A DNA stretch of 61,642 nucleotides, the filler included, from Diploschistes diacapsis (lineage: Eukaryota), in assembly GCA_023645945.1 (NCBI GenBank). It is 14 parts of 14 records of this genome, joined end to end, with 100 filler letters (N's around TTAATTAATTAA, not from the genome) between each part and the next. Parts side by side here need not be neighbours in the genome. Positions count along the whole stretch, not along the records: positions 8,399 to 33,769 come from JALAIB010000211.1; 13 more parts are not named here. One strand, 5' to 3'. Position 1 is the first letter of the stretch. Each line of letters starts with the position of its first letter. The notes below the pieces were generated by a model, which saw nothing but the letters and a program-made list of their open reading frames with translations, was not told the DNA's origin and searched no databases. A program made the position numbers and the translations under genes. Below, piece by piece: positions 10,729 through 22,865 of the stretch.

Positions 10729-13622
10729 TCAATCATCCATCGGCTTATCCGTCAACTGCACCCCATGAAGTGCAGGTCTATCAGCCTCGCCGCTAGTTCC
10801 CGAGCTCTCCTGGACGCTAGAGACGCTGTCCCTCTTTGCCGCTGTCCGTGCGATCATGCTCAAGCTGCCTCCGGAGCCTGATCCGGGAGTCTTTCTGTTG
10901 ATACGGCTCGCCGCTCCTGCAACGTGCCCCATCCTATTGAGCGAATTCTTCTTTTCAACGCCAATGGGTTCTTCGGGTTTGGTTTCTGGTGTCTTACACT
11001 CGTCCACGGCTGGTGCTGCATGCTCCGACACACCGTTGGAGGTAGAAAGAGGCGGTAGTGGCTTCAGAATAGCCTCGTTTGTGGGAGGCGACAGATCAGT
11101 AGCCTGAGAGGGACTAGACTCATTGTCGGGAACGTCCAAACTATGCCGTGCAACGCGCGGCCTTGGATGTATCTCCGAAGCTGGACTTGTAATAACGGGA
11201 AAGCGACTAGCTGCAGGGTCGACAGAACGGTCTCGACGATGGTGCCTTCCATTTGTAGCAGCAGCTACTGGAGACGGGCTGGGAGCCCTAGTAGACTTTG
11301 AAGCGATCGCTCGGTTGCGAGCTTCCATGTTCGCTCGACGGTTGCTTTCGTCCTGGTTACTGGTTGCCCTCGTGCGAGGGCCCGCGGCTGGTGCCCCAAG
11401 GTTGGAGTTTTGCGAACTTGCTCTCTTGAGCTCTCCAAATATTTCTTCCTTGTGGTTGAAAAGATCCCTGACCAGCCTATAGGCATGCCGCTCATGCATT
11501 GTGAGCGACGATTGCTGGCGGGGCCGAAGCACGCAAGGCGCTAGCATTTGAGCTAGTTGTGTGACATACGCTTCATCTGCAGAGGTAAGATCAATTAACC
11601 TCGCAAAGTGGGTTGTAATGGCGTCAAGGGTAGCAATGTTAGCCAGGCGAAGCTGGCCAAGCGTGTTTTGTAATACAGTCACTCGAGTGACATCATTTGA
11701 ACTGGAGTCCGGGCTGGTGTAGATGGTCTTGATTACTTCGTAGACTTGACAAGAGACCAGTGAGTCTTGTAATGCATCAGCGACGTTCTGAGCAAGCTTT
11801 TCGACTCAAAATTTACCTGGTAGCTCAAGAAGGTAGAGCTTTAGAGCGCTGGCCACGATGGGTACTTCGTATCTTTCGAGGACAGCAGAGGGAGCCGCTT
11901 TACCGTTGTTAATGGAATTACGAAGGTGATGAGTTGCAGCCAGCGGAACATCAACTAGCCAGATGTTGCGACGAACCTCGTCACCCTCGAGATCGGGATA
12001 ATCTAGAACATGAGCTTGGAAGTAAGGCTTCGTAGAAGATACGTACGACTGTCAAGGAAAGTAAGAATGGTTGATACGACCAATGGGACGCGTTTGCGAT
12101 CGTTCCGTGCACGAGCTTCGATATCCACTCCGAATGTTTGCTCTGTAGTGTTTAGTAGGCAGTCGAGACCACAGAACGGAGTCCTCACCGTCCACTTGGT
12201 TCCAATAATTGTCATAAATCGGAACTTTTGGGGAGAATGCTCCTGTTCGATAATTCTCGATCAGATATCTCAAGTCGCCCAATGGTTGGACACTCTCTTG
12301 ATACAACATCATATTGTCGACCGTGCTCTGCAAACTTGGGATCGAGTTGCTAATCGCGCCGGCGAAGTCAAGCATCACAGCCTTGACAGCCTTCAGTCGA
12401 TCTAGCTCACATCTTTCCATGAACTTCATGTGGTCGACCATGGCTTCTTCGAGATTGCATCGCAAGACATCGAGTCGTCTTACACTCGCCTTGTACTTCT
12501 CGTCTGCTTCACGTGCTTCTCGGCGCAGCTTCTCCAGCGGAGTCTCGTTCGGATAAGGGTTGTTCAACGGATTCCAGCCGGACAGCATCTCTCCCATTGA
12601 CCCGACAATTGGAGATTCTCCGCCGTCAATGGAACTCGTGGTGGATACACGGACTGGACAACGCTTCTCTGGCAGCCCAGTTATCTGGAAGACCTTGGGA
12701 CGCCATTGGTAGTTCATCTTTGAACTGTTGGCAAAGCTGCTTCCGACATTACCAACTAATCTCAAAAAGCCCAGCGCAACAAGATCTTGACCGATCCGCT
12801 CTGCGTAACTCACGGTCCTAGCATTCATTGCATGTTGGATATATTCCGTGATATCCGAACCGGTCGATACGTTCTGATATGTACCTAGGATAGGAACTTT
12901 GGTTTCACCAACCTTGATGTTGGTAAGCATTTCTGTTAACACTTTCTTCAACTGGTCCGGCGTATATGTCTCGTCTCCAATGTCGATGGGCTCCTCTTCC
13001 TCAGCTTCTTCGTTCTCGGGGAACTTGAGCGTGGGTGTCTTGGTGGCCTTCGGGCTTTGCTCCTTCTCCGGCTCTTGAAATGCAAGCTTGTTCTCCTCTT
13101 CTAGGTCTTCAACCTGTCTGCACTTGTTGAAGTAGGTACTTCGAAGTCTCCTAACTACCTCCGCCTGCTTGTCGTGCGCTCGTATTCGCGCTTTTAGGTC
13201 GTCATGCGAGCTTTGTACTCGAGACTCATGAGCATCGCACCATTTGCCAAAAGGGACAATCACAAGCTCGCTAATATTAGAAGCTATTTTCTTGTGTTTC
13301 TTGGACGCTTCTTCCATTTCCGTCCGGACCCCTTCATAAGCCTGAGGAGCTCCAATCAGCTAGGGCGTTTACTTGGCAAGAATAGATAACATACCTTCCG
13401 CAAACTCGCCCCGTCGTCTTTTGAGAAGCCTCCGGACAACTTATCAGTCGCCGGTGTGATGTCTGCAAGCCTTCGCCCATACTGCTCTTCAGCCTCTGCC
13501 CGCAGACGCGCAATTGTGAGGATCTGCTCGTTCTCGATGACACCTTGTTGTAATTTCCCAAAGAGAACACCCAGACCACCAGCATAGTCTCCAGACCAAA
13601 AGGAGTCCGCAAAGCCTGGCAT
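10729..13622 (-). CDS. RGD2: F-BAR/FCH-DEP-RhoGAP protein (Rgd2/Rga8-like), multi-exon
   Basis: MPGFADSFWSGDYAGGLGVLFGKLQQG N-terminus; DEP-like AERIGQDLVALGFLRLVGNVGSSFANS; RhoGAP FGVDIEARARNDRKRVPLVV, ASALKLYLLELP, LAPCVLRPR. Confidence 0.88.
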
Positions 13623-14244
13623 TGTCGAATTTGGGGCGTGGTAGCCAGGCTTATTGTGAATAGGAAAATCCGTCAGCTCATAAGATTGTAGCTTCGCTTG
13701 TAACAATGAGGAGACCAACAAAAGAGTATAAATGAGAGAAAGGAATTGGAGATGAACGAGTAGCAGTGGCTTCAGACAAGCGCAAGCAAGTGAAGATTCT
13801 CCAGATTAGACTCCGAGATGTCGTATTTTTTGGCAGCTAAGGCAGGGGCAGCCGTGAACGCAACACGAGCGCCATATGATTGGCTTGCCCCGTTGGAATA
13901 AAATGTCACTACTGTGTCCGTCTGGTTACCAGACTCTGGTAACGGCTATGGTGTTAATCTCTACTGGGTAGTGATTTACTTCTGAATAATATCCAGCAAA
14001 AGCTACGGAAACATTTAAGATCCACGGTGTATCTCCAGCGAGCCTATTTAGCGAGAGAGAAGAAGTCTTCTGCGGAAATTGGCTTCACATATTTTGGGTT
14101 CCCAAAGTGACGAATCAAATGCTTAATGCTCCATCACTCCATATATAAGTGTATAACAAGATGACTGATTAGTTGCAAATTCTTTTTAGTTTTTATTGAG
14201 TTTCAGTGCTATCTCCTTCAGATTTCTTTTGCATATTACATGCA

Positions 14245-14923
14245 ATGTCACATACCCTGGTTGTCCTGATATCTGGAGAGGGAACCAACCTACAAGCTTT
14301 AATTGATGCGCAATGTTCTGAATTCGCAGCCAAAATCGTCCAGGTCATCTCGAATCGGCAGAAAGCTGGGGGCCTCAAGCGCGCAGAACAGGCAGGTATC
14401 CCTACGGCTTATCATAATTTGGTCAAATACAAGAGGGAGTACCCGGAGGAGCAGGAAGCGCGAGATCAGTACGACAAAGATCTAGCGCACATCATTCTCA
14501 AGACGCGCCCTTCGCTCGTTGTCTGTGCGGGCTGGATGCACATCTTGGCTCCCACATTTCTCAAGCCGCTTGATGAAGCAGGCATACCTGTAATCAACCT
14601 GCACCCTGCGCTGCCAGGCCAGTTTAACGGGAAGTAGGTACTCGCATGTGGCCTGGAAATTTTTATGCTAACAAATTAGGGATGCGATCAAGCGTGCCTA
14701 TGAAGCCTATCAGGAGGGTAGAATCGCGAAAACTGGCATAATGATTCATTATGTGATTGAGGAGGTGGACGAAGGGGAGCCGTTATTAGTTAGGGAGATT
14801 GAGCTGCGGTCCAGGGAGAGCCTTGAAGACTTGGAGCAGCGCATACATCAAGTTGAGTGGAGGGCAATAGTGGAAGGCGTGAATCTGGCGCTGGAAAGAC
14901 TAAAAGAAAAACAGAGCAGTTGA
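14245..14923 (+). CDS. ADE8: Phosphoribosylglycinamide formyltransferase (exons 14245-14633, 14680-14923)
   Basis: VVLISGEGTNLQALID, VCAGWMHIL, INLHPALPG, MIHYVIEEVDEG; GTAGGT..GCTAAC..TAG intron restores the frame. Confidence 0.95.
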
Positions 14924-15409
14924 AAGCACCCCTAGTGTCAATCATCTCAATCCGCCTTCACAAAAGAGGGGTGTCCATTCATGCCAGACTGGTTCTCAGA
15001 ATTACTCCTACGGTTGCTCCATAGATCAACATGCCGAAAAAACAATATCGTCGGAGGAGCACATTTATATGACGAATGTTGAATGTTTTCCTAAAAGGAA
15101 CAATAATTATGTGAACGCAGATATTAATATTATTAATAATTCATTTTCCACTTAAAGTCAAGCCAGGCTAGGTTTATGTAGGATTAGCTCTCTCGCTTAA
15201 AATGTGGCTGGTGAGTTGGTGACACGCGCGGCAATTGCAGGTCGTATTCTGATGTCAGTCTGACATTGAGTTCTTTCCCCTCAATCCTAAGAAAAGCAAT
15301 GGATAACTCTTGTACAGTTAGTGCTAAGTCACACATCCCAAATTCAACAATTGCTCAAGACCTAGAAGAAGCACATGCAATATGTTCACATGGTACTTGA
15401 GGCCAAAAC

Positions 15410-16648
15410 ATGCTGCCAAAGCCGACGAGCAGTTTCACATTACCCTCGGTTCACGATGACACACAGCTAGAATGTCGCATATATCACCCTCCGAGAGATA
15501 CTCGAGCAGAGAGAAAGATACCGAGGAAAGGCGCTGTGATTGCACATGCTTACGCCCCTCTTGGTGGGTGCATTGACGATCCAGTGATACACTTCATTGG
15601 AGAAGCGTTCTTAAAGCAAGGCTATGTGCTAGGCCTGTTTAACTTCAGGGGTGCAGGTGCCTCGAAAGGCAGGACAAGCTGGAGCGGAAAGCCTGAGCAA
15701 GCAGATTATGTGTCATTTATCGGCTTCTTCATGCTGTATATGTACGGTCTCTATTGCAATGTATCGATCGCTTCGCCAAGCCAGTCCTCTATGAGCAACC
15801 CAATTACCCTGTCTAGCTCGGGGCCATTCAGCTCGGAGGCTGCTGAGCGTCTTACTCTCGTTCTTGGCGGTTACTCATATGGATCGCTCATGAGCAGTCA
15901 ATTACCTGACATCGAGACTATAATAGCAATTTTCACGCAACCGGTCAAAGGCTCTGCTGCAGCAGAGATCCGCTTGCGCGCGCTGCACCTGTCGAAAGAG
16001 TGGAGCATTGAAGCTCGCCGTAGTCGACTTCGAGAAAGAACGCTTGCTGTCGAAGATTCTTTGGAGGGTAGTGCTTACGGCGGCGACGAGTATGCACCCA
16101 GCACAAGACGGACGAGTCGAGAATTTCGAAGAAGCTTGGATGTGGTAAGAAAAGGTGTTGAGGTCTCGAAAGCTCACCTCCACTTGAGGAAGGGAAGCAG
16201 CGAGGAGATGTCTCGGTCTGCTGTGTCTGAGGAACAGCTGGAATCTCTCTGTATTCCTCGACCGAACATCGGCCGTCTTCTCATCTCGCCTGTCTTGCCG
16301 CCAGTTTCGTCATTTTTGACAATGTTCGGCAAGCAGTGGAGACCATTAGGCTCATCTTCTTCTGTTAGCTTGCCAAATACTGCGGCGAAAGTTCAATCTG
16401 ATCGCAATCGAACTTTTGCAGTGTTTGGCGACAACGACTTCTTTACTTCAAGCAAGAAGTTGCAGAAATGGGCAACGAGTCTGGCAAATCCCTTAGACTC
16501 AGGATTCTCGTATAAAGAAGTGGCAGGTGCAGGTCATTTTTGGCAGGAACAGGGAGCGAAGACGGAGCTGGAGAGATCGATCGTAAGCTGGCTCAAACTC
16601 TTGACGGTGCGGAGGAACCGTCTCAACAAAGGCAATACTAGTTATTAG
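15410..16648 (+). CDS. Alpha/beta hydrolase family protein
   Basis: 412-aa ORF; FNFRGAGASKG, nucleophile elbow GYSYG, GDNDFF, GAGHFW (Ser-Asp-His triad). Confidence 0.85.
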   Translation: MLPKPTSSFTLPSVHDDTQLECRIYHPPRDTRAERKIPRKGAVIAHAYAPLGGCIDDPVIHFIGEAFLKQGYVLGLFNFRGAGASKGRTSWSGKPEQADYVSFIGFFMLYMYGLYCNVSIASPSQSSMSNPITLSSSGPFSSEAAERLTLVLGGYSYGSLMSSQLPDIETIIAIFTQPVKGSAAAEIRLRALHLSKEWSIEARRSRLRERTLAVEDSLEGSAYGGDEYAPSTRRTSREFRRSLDVVRKGVEVSKAHLHLRKGSSEEMSRSAVSEEQLESLCIPRPNIGRLLISPVLPPVSSFLTMFGKQWRPLGSSSSVSLPNTAAKVQSDRNRTFAVFGDNDFFTSSKKLQKWATSLANPLDSGFSYKEVAGAGHFWQEQGAKTELERSIVSWLKLLTVRRNRLNKGNTSY

Positions 16649-17380
16649 CATCCATACCCAAGACTTTCTGCATGTCACGCTACTACTATAGAGCACCATG
16701 TGACGACGCCATCTCCACAAACCTTTAGCGGTGTGCATCCGTAGCATCACGGTACCTCGATGACCCCGACAGAACTGCATTCTCCAATCGACTCGATCGA
16801 ACGGAAGGGAAAGAGCACAAGACTTGAGAGCGGGCACATGTGAAACAGGATCAAGCGGGTTCCTTAGGCTCCGTACAACTGTAGATCAGACTGCCCCTCG
16901 TACAGAGGTTGGTAGTGAATACCGTTCCTGGTTTATCCCATCAGAACCAAAGGAAGCGGTTCGTGTGACTCGGGAGCGCTTCAATGCAACCACTCGTCAT
17001 TATTGTTAGTCTAGTATGCAATATGTATGCATGCACCTTAAGTCGATAATTCTGTGCACTTTGCCCCAGACCACATAAAGCTGTAAAGGTATACCCTTCT
17101 TTTATGTTTAAAGTTACTGGTTCTCAACGGATAAACCGGTTGGGATCCATAATTGTCCAATGCGACTACTGTCAGACTGTACATGAATGCCGATGCATCA
17201 TTCCACTGACGCTACAGCTCTCTCGCTTGAGGCACAATCTACACCCTTTCCCTCTCATACACCAACGCATGCCCTAACTACTTCGATATCGTAACAACTT
17301 AGACTGCACACAATTGCATTTGTATTTCCTAAGAGCTATCCTTTCGAGACGATAACATACATGGCGTTACATCATAACCC

Positions 17381-19895
17381 ATGTCTGCACTACAAGACTC
17401 AACGATTCTCGTGCCAACGCGGTTCTCGACTACGAAAAAGGGCCAGCTGAGGAGCCTCAGAAGCGCTCCGAGAACCCTACGAAAGGCAACTTCGCTCGCC
17501 GCTCTATACGATGTCGCCCGACATCCTGTTAAGACACTCGAAGGAGTCCGCAACGCCGTGGAGGAGTGGTATGATGGGTTGGGAAAGGAAGAAAGAGAGC
17601 AAAAGATGCTCCAAGATGCTAGGAAACGTGCACTGTACCTGCAGCAGCGCAGCGTATGTAATGCAATTGTATAATTATACGGCCCACTGAAGAATATAGG
17701 CAACAACACTCGCAGAATGGGAAGAAGCTTCGATGGAACTTGACTGGTTGGAAAACAACAATGCCTGGAAACAAGAGCTAGATTCCCCCGATTACGATCC
17801 TCGTGAGCTTCTTGCACAACTCAATCAGCTTCAAGATGCCCGATTTGAAGGCGATGTTAAACGCATGCTCTATCTTATTCGAACTATACTTTCGCGGAAC
17901 ACTGCGCAGATGGGAAACTTGAAACTATATCAATATTCACATCTGGGCACGAAGGAAATTGTGGAAAGATACATCCAGACTACGCTGGATACCATTGATG
18001 CGCTTGTGGATGCCTGCGACAGATCGTCCCTTCATGGCATCAGTACGCAGGATATATACAATAACTTCCTTGCCGCACGGCAATCATTCGGTCGGAGCGC
18101 ATTACTGCTGTCCGGGGGTGGGACTTTTGGAATGAACCATATTGGGGTGGTAAAGGCTTTGTGGGAGGTAAAATTACTTCCTAGAATCGTGTCCGGTGCA
18201 TCGGCTGGAAGTATTGTCGCTGCTGTCACGTGTACGACAACCGACGAGGAATACCCAGAGCTTCTCGAGAACTTCTGTCATGGTGATTTAGCTGTGTTTG
18301 AAGCCCCTGAAGATGAAAATTCATGGTTGAAAAGACTCGCCCGGATCTTGACCATTGGAAGCATGTTCGATGTTGCCCATTTGAACAGGGTTATGCAAGG
18401 ACTACTTGGGAACCTAACATTCCTAGAAGCTTACAACCGCACCAGAAAAATCCTCAATATCTGTGTATCGAGCAGCAGCATCTACGAACTTCCAAAGCTT
18501 CTCAACTACATCACGTCACCGCATGTTGTCATCTGGTCAGCTGTGGCCGCATCTTGTTCTGTTCCTGTGGTTTTCTCGCCCGCTTCATTACAAGTGAAGA
18601 ACCCGAAAACTCAGGTGATTGGGCCATGGGACGGCAGTCTTACTCCGCAAAAATGGATCGATGGTTCTGTGGAAAATGATATACCCATGCAGAGGCTATC
18701 AGAGATGTTCAATGTCAATCATTTCATTGTTTCTCAGGTTAACCCACACGTTGTCCCTTTTCTTATCAAAGAGAAGGACATCAACTTGAACGAGGACGAG
18801 CATTCGACTTTTGCACCAAGCCCGTCCTGGTTGCAAGGACTTTCAACGTTTGCGAAAAGTGAAGCAATTCATAGAATGACTACGCTGGCAGAGGCAGGGT
18901 TCATGCCAAATATCTTGACCAAAACCGCATCTGTCTTGAGCCAGACATACTCTGGCGACATTACCATTCTGCCAGAGGTGTCATTCGTAGACTTTCCAAA
19001 GGTTCTCTCCAACCCGACTCCAGATTTCATCCTGGATGCGATGTGGAAGGGCGAGCGGGCTACATGGCCGAAGCTCAGCCGAATCCGCAACCACTGCGCT
19101 ATCGAGCTGGCGCTCGACAATGCTGCTAATCAGGTACGAGCTCGTGCTGTGTTCAGCCAAACGCAGGCGAGCGTTCGCAGACAAACCTTCAAGAGGACGC
19201 AGTCTGATGACGGAAGGCTACAGTTCTTTCCACGGCGGAGCAGAGTGCGAGAGAAGTCACTCCAGAGCGAACCAGCCGTTGATGTCTTCGAAATAAAAAA
19301 GGACTTGACAACTGCGGCAGTCACTCCGTCCCATCAGAAAGCTGGTGGCATTCAAACCTCCGACTTACTTGCTAGATCAGCACTACCGCCAAGCCTCGCT
19401 CTTCACGAAGCATCTGAAAAAAATCCACGACTGCAAGCTGAAGAGCCTCTTTCATCTGGCCCTGGCCTCACCTCAGATGTCTCTGATGGGGACGATGACT
19501 CTTCGCTTTCAGATCGTGAAGAGACTGATGTCACGGAACCGCGGGTGTCTCCATTCGACCAGATACTCACTATGCCCAAGCTCTTGAAATCTACATCTGT
19601 CCCAACGTCCCCATCAATACAACAGAAGCGCTCTCCCCTTCCCCTTCATATCACAGCGAGCCCCAAGCAATTAGCTTCCGACCCAATTTTGGCCATATTA
19701 ACTCCGCCAAACTCGAGACGGGACTCTAGCAAGCCACAAGATAACTCCGATACTCTCAAAGCAAGGCTGAAGTCACAGTCGGAGCCCGAATCTGCCGAAA
19801 GGTTGGGTGGGAAGAAACCCGTTTCCGACTCTAAAGCACAGCTCGACGCTGGGCCTCGTACAGCACACGTTCGAAGCAGATGGCCATCGATCTAA
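17381..19895 (+). CDS. TGL4: Patatin-domain triacylglycerol lipase, Tgl4/Tgl5-like (exons 17381-17653, 17700-19895)
   Basis: LLLSGGGTFG, GASAG, WIDGS patatin motifs; GTATGT..TAG intron joins the two ORFs in frame. Confidence 0.9.
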
Positions 19896-20506
19896 TCCTA
19901 GGCTCACAAGAACTATACATACCCTACATTTGCATGCACTTCCAACTCTCTTCGTTCGTCCCCTTTGAACTCACATATGCATCGGAGTATGGCTATGCGC
20001 GTTGGGGTGGGGCTTGGCGCAATCTAGGTATGGCACAACTAGGGGAGGAGATATGATACCCCTTGTTCAAGATAGACAGCATCCGAGGAGGGCTATATAG
20101 AAGTCATCAACTGTAGTCAATATATTCCATGTTTTCAATTATCTTCGGGTGCCCAGAGATCGTCTTTGGTATCTACCACGTATCACCATCGCCCCTCTCC
20201 GCACCTCATCCACAAGCAATTCATTGAGGCTAAACGACCTTTTCCCTTCCAGCTTTCGATAGTAACTATCAGATTTAAGAAAGCAGATTTGAGCACGTCT
20301 TCGTGAACGCCAGACCGAAGCCAAAAGAACTCGCTCGCCCTCGGGGTATCAATAGACGCAACATTCAAATAACAACCTGAAGCGCTCCAGCGAAATTCGA
20401 CCGATCAGAACGCCATGCCCCTAGTACTTTCCTTCTCCCGTGGCCTTCGCAAGCGCTCCACGCTCCCATACAAACGCGATGCAGCACATGCGCCAGAACC
20501 GCATGC

Positions 20507-22273
20507 TTAACCCCTCCAACTCCTCATCAAAATCCGCACATTATCAACCAGCCCCCTGACCATGTCCTCATACCTACTCTCCTCCCCCTTCATCAGCGCG
20601 TCCCCCTCCCTCTTCAGATCCTCCACCTTCACCTCGATCTCCAGCTCATGCTCCTTGTCCCCCGGCGCCAGCCCATTGGCCGGCACTCCGCCCGCGATGG
20701 TCACCTGCGTGAGATCGATCTGGTAGCTCTGGTGCAGGTACGTCATGCGGTCCTTGTTCCGGTCCGGCGCGCGCTTCCCTTGCTCCACGACCTCCACCAG
20801 GCTCTCCTGGCCCTGGTTGTAGTCCATCTCCAGGTTCACGCTGAGGCGCCAGTCGAAGGGCGTGCCCGGCGAGAAAACGTCCAGGTCCGCGAGGCGCACT
20901 TTGATGATTTTCGCGAGCTGGCGCCCGTCTTTCTGGTCGGTCGTGAGGCGCACGCGGGCCCTGCTGGTGCCGCCTCGGTTGCTGGTTATGAGGCTGCGGA
21001 CGATTGGCGGGAGGGAGGCTTCGGCCGTGGGGGTGAGGTCGTAGAAGGAGTCGATCTCGCGGGTGTGTTTGTAGTCCATTCGCACGCGATTCGAGGGCGT
21101 GGCGGGGGGACCGTTCGGCGCGACCTTTTTGGGAAGGGTGTTCTTTACGACCTCGTTGAGGTATTGGTTGAAGTGCCTGTGCTGGGCCTCGGTCATGGAG
21201 CTGCGGAAGGTGGTGCGCAGAGAAGGGTCATTGCGGGCGAGGATGGTTTCGGTGAGGACGGGGAGGCGTAGACGATCGGTGGTGTCGCGGTTGACTATCT
21301 GGCCTATTTTGGCTTCGATTTCGAGTTTGCCGGAGGCGTTGGGCCCAAGTGGAATATCTTTCCGGGTAATGACTTCTTGGAAGAGGAAGTCTGCAATTTT
21401 ACGGGATAATTCTTCTGAGGGAAGAACATTGGTTATGCTGGGTTCCCAACCCTCGGAATGAGTTTGGAGAGGTCGGAGCATGGGCGGTTGCGGTGCCAAG
21501 GTCGGTGCCGGGACCGGTGCTGCCATGGTTGTCTGTTCTGCTTTCGGTTCAAAAGCTTGTTGTAGTTGTGGCTGTGGTTGCGGCCGTTGATCTAGCCGGA
21601 GCTTTTGATATTCAGACACTTTCATGGCCCATATTGGCTTTTCGTAGATCTTCGGCCTTTTAGGTTTCGGTATGGAGGGTATGCTCTGCTCAGTCGTTCC
21701 TGCAGCTGAATTCACCGGCGACGCTTGCATAGATGAAGACTTAAAGGCGAATTAGTGTACTTAGATATAGTAGGTGCTTCAATCTTACCCCAGGCCTCGC
21801 TCCATTGCCAGAGCGTTCAGGAGGCTGTGATTTCGACATATGTGGGTCGGATGGTATGTAAGAAGATGGGGCTCGATAGGAATGCGGACTGGCCACAAGC
21901 TCTGCCATGTTTGACTGGTCGAGACGAGGGCTCATTGTAGATGCTTGCGGGATAGTTGTATGAGGGCTTGGGGTGGCTTCAGATCGCGTACGGCTCGCAC
22001 TGTGAGGGCTAACGTCAAATGGAGACTGTCGTGTAGTTTGCGAAGGTGAGTCCAGGAAGTGAGTGTGAACATGTTGAGCACTGGTCTCTTGAGCCTTTAA
22101 CGCATGGTATCAGCAAACATTATCACAATCTTCATGGGGAAAGTGCGGTTCTAATAGACCACAACGAAGTCCTTCAGTATCAGTATACACACCTTTGTAA
22201 CATCGGGTAAATTCCGTGCCTTCTGTGGGAGGGGTGGTGGTCCGTCATTGTTCATAATAGAACGCAAATCCAT
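20507..22273 (-). CDS. CET1: mRNA capping enzyme beta subunit (RNA 5'-triphosphatase), multi-exon
   Basis: MDLRSIMN start at 22273; PIWA motif, LEIEAKIG, WRLSVNLE, DRNKDRMTY, QIDLTQV, EHELEIEV (triphosphate tunnel metalloenzyme motifs). 5' exon structure approximate. Confidence 0.92.
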
Positions 22274-22865
22274 ATCGAATAGAGTTAGAAAGAGTGTAAC
22301 CGTCAGGCGACCTGCGATTAAGGACCGCGTGGTAACTGGTAACTGTACGAGGAAATGAAGGCTGCTAAATACCAAAAGGTGTGAATCCAGATTCCCGGAT
22401 GTGGTTTAGCTCATCTGTCTCACAGTTAGTTATTATGTTGTTTCTAGCTAAAGCCAACTATTAGACTATCGCATTCCCCTCCACGTTTCAAGTGGCTACA
22501 TACAGCCTCTGTTATCATCGGCGTGCTAATATCTGAGCACGGCTAGAGGCTTCCCACCCAAGTTGACGTGCAAGGTCGTGCTTGGAAAAAGCTTTGGTAA
22601 GTTCAATCGTCATCTGGCCACTACCTCTTTACTTCCCTACTCTTTTTTTACCGAGTCTATCAACTTTGAATCACGCATTTGATTTTCGACCGCGATCTCA
22701 AGCTCTACACTCTAATATTAACTCTTATTCTCGATCTACCGTTGCCGCCGGTCCGCTCACGGCCTGTTCCCAAGCTCGCCGCCACTAATTTCCCCCAGCT
22801 GTCGCTTCCACTTACAGAGACACTTTGTGGAAAGAGGACAAACTGATTAGCAGTTTTTGTCGAGG

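Noticed and set aside
22485..22500. AGTGGCTA upstream of RPN2 as an Rpn4/PACE site
   Set aside because: Only a partial match to GGTGGCAAA; not supportable without conservation data.
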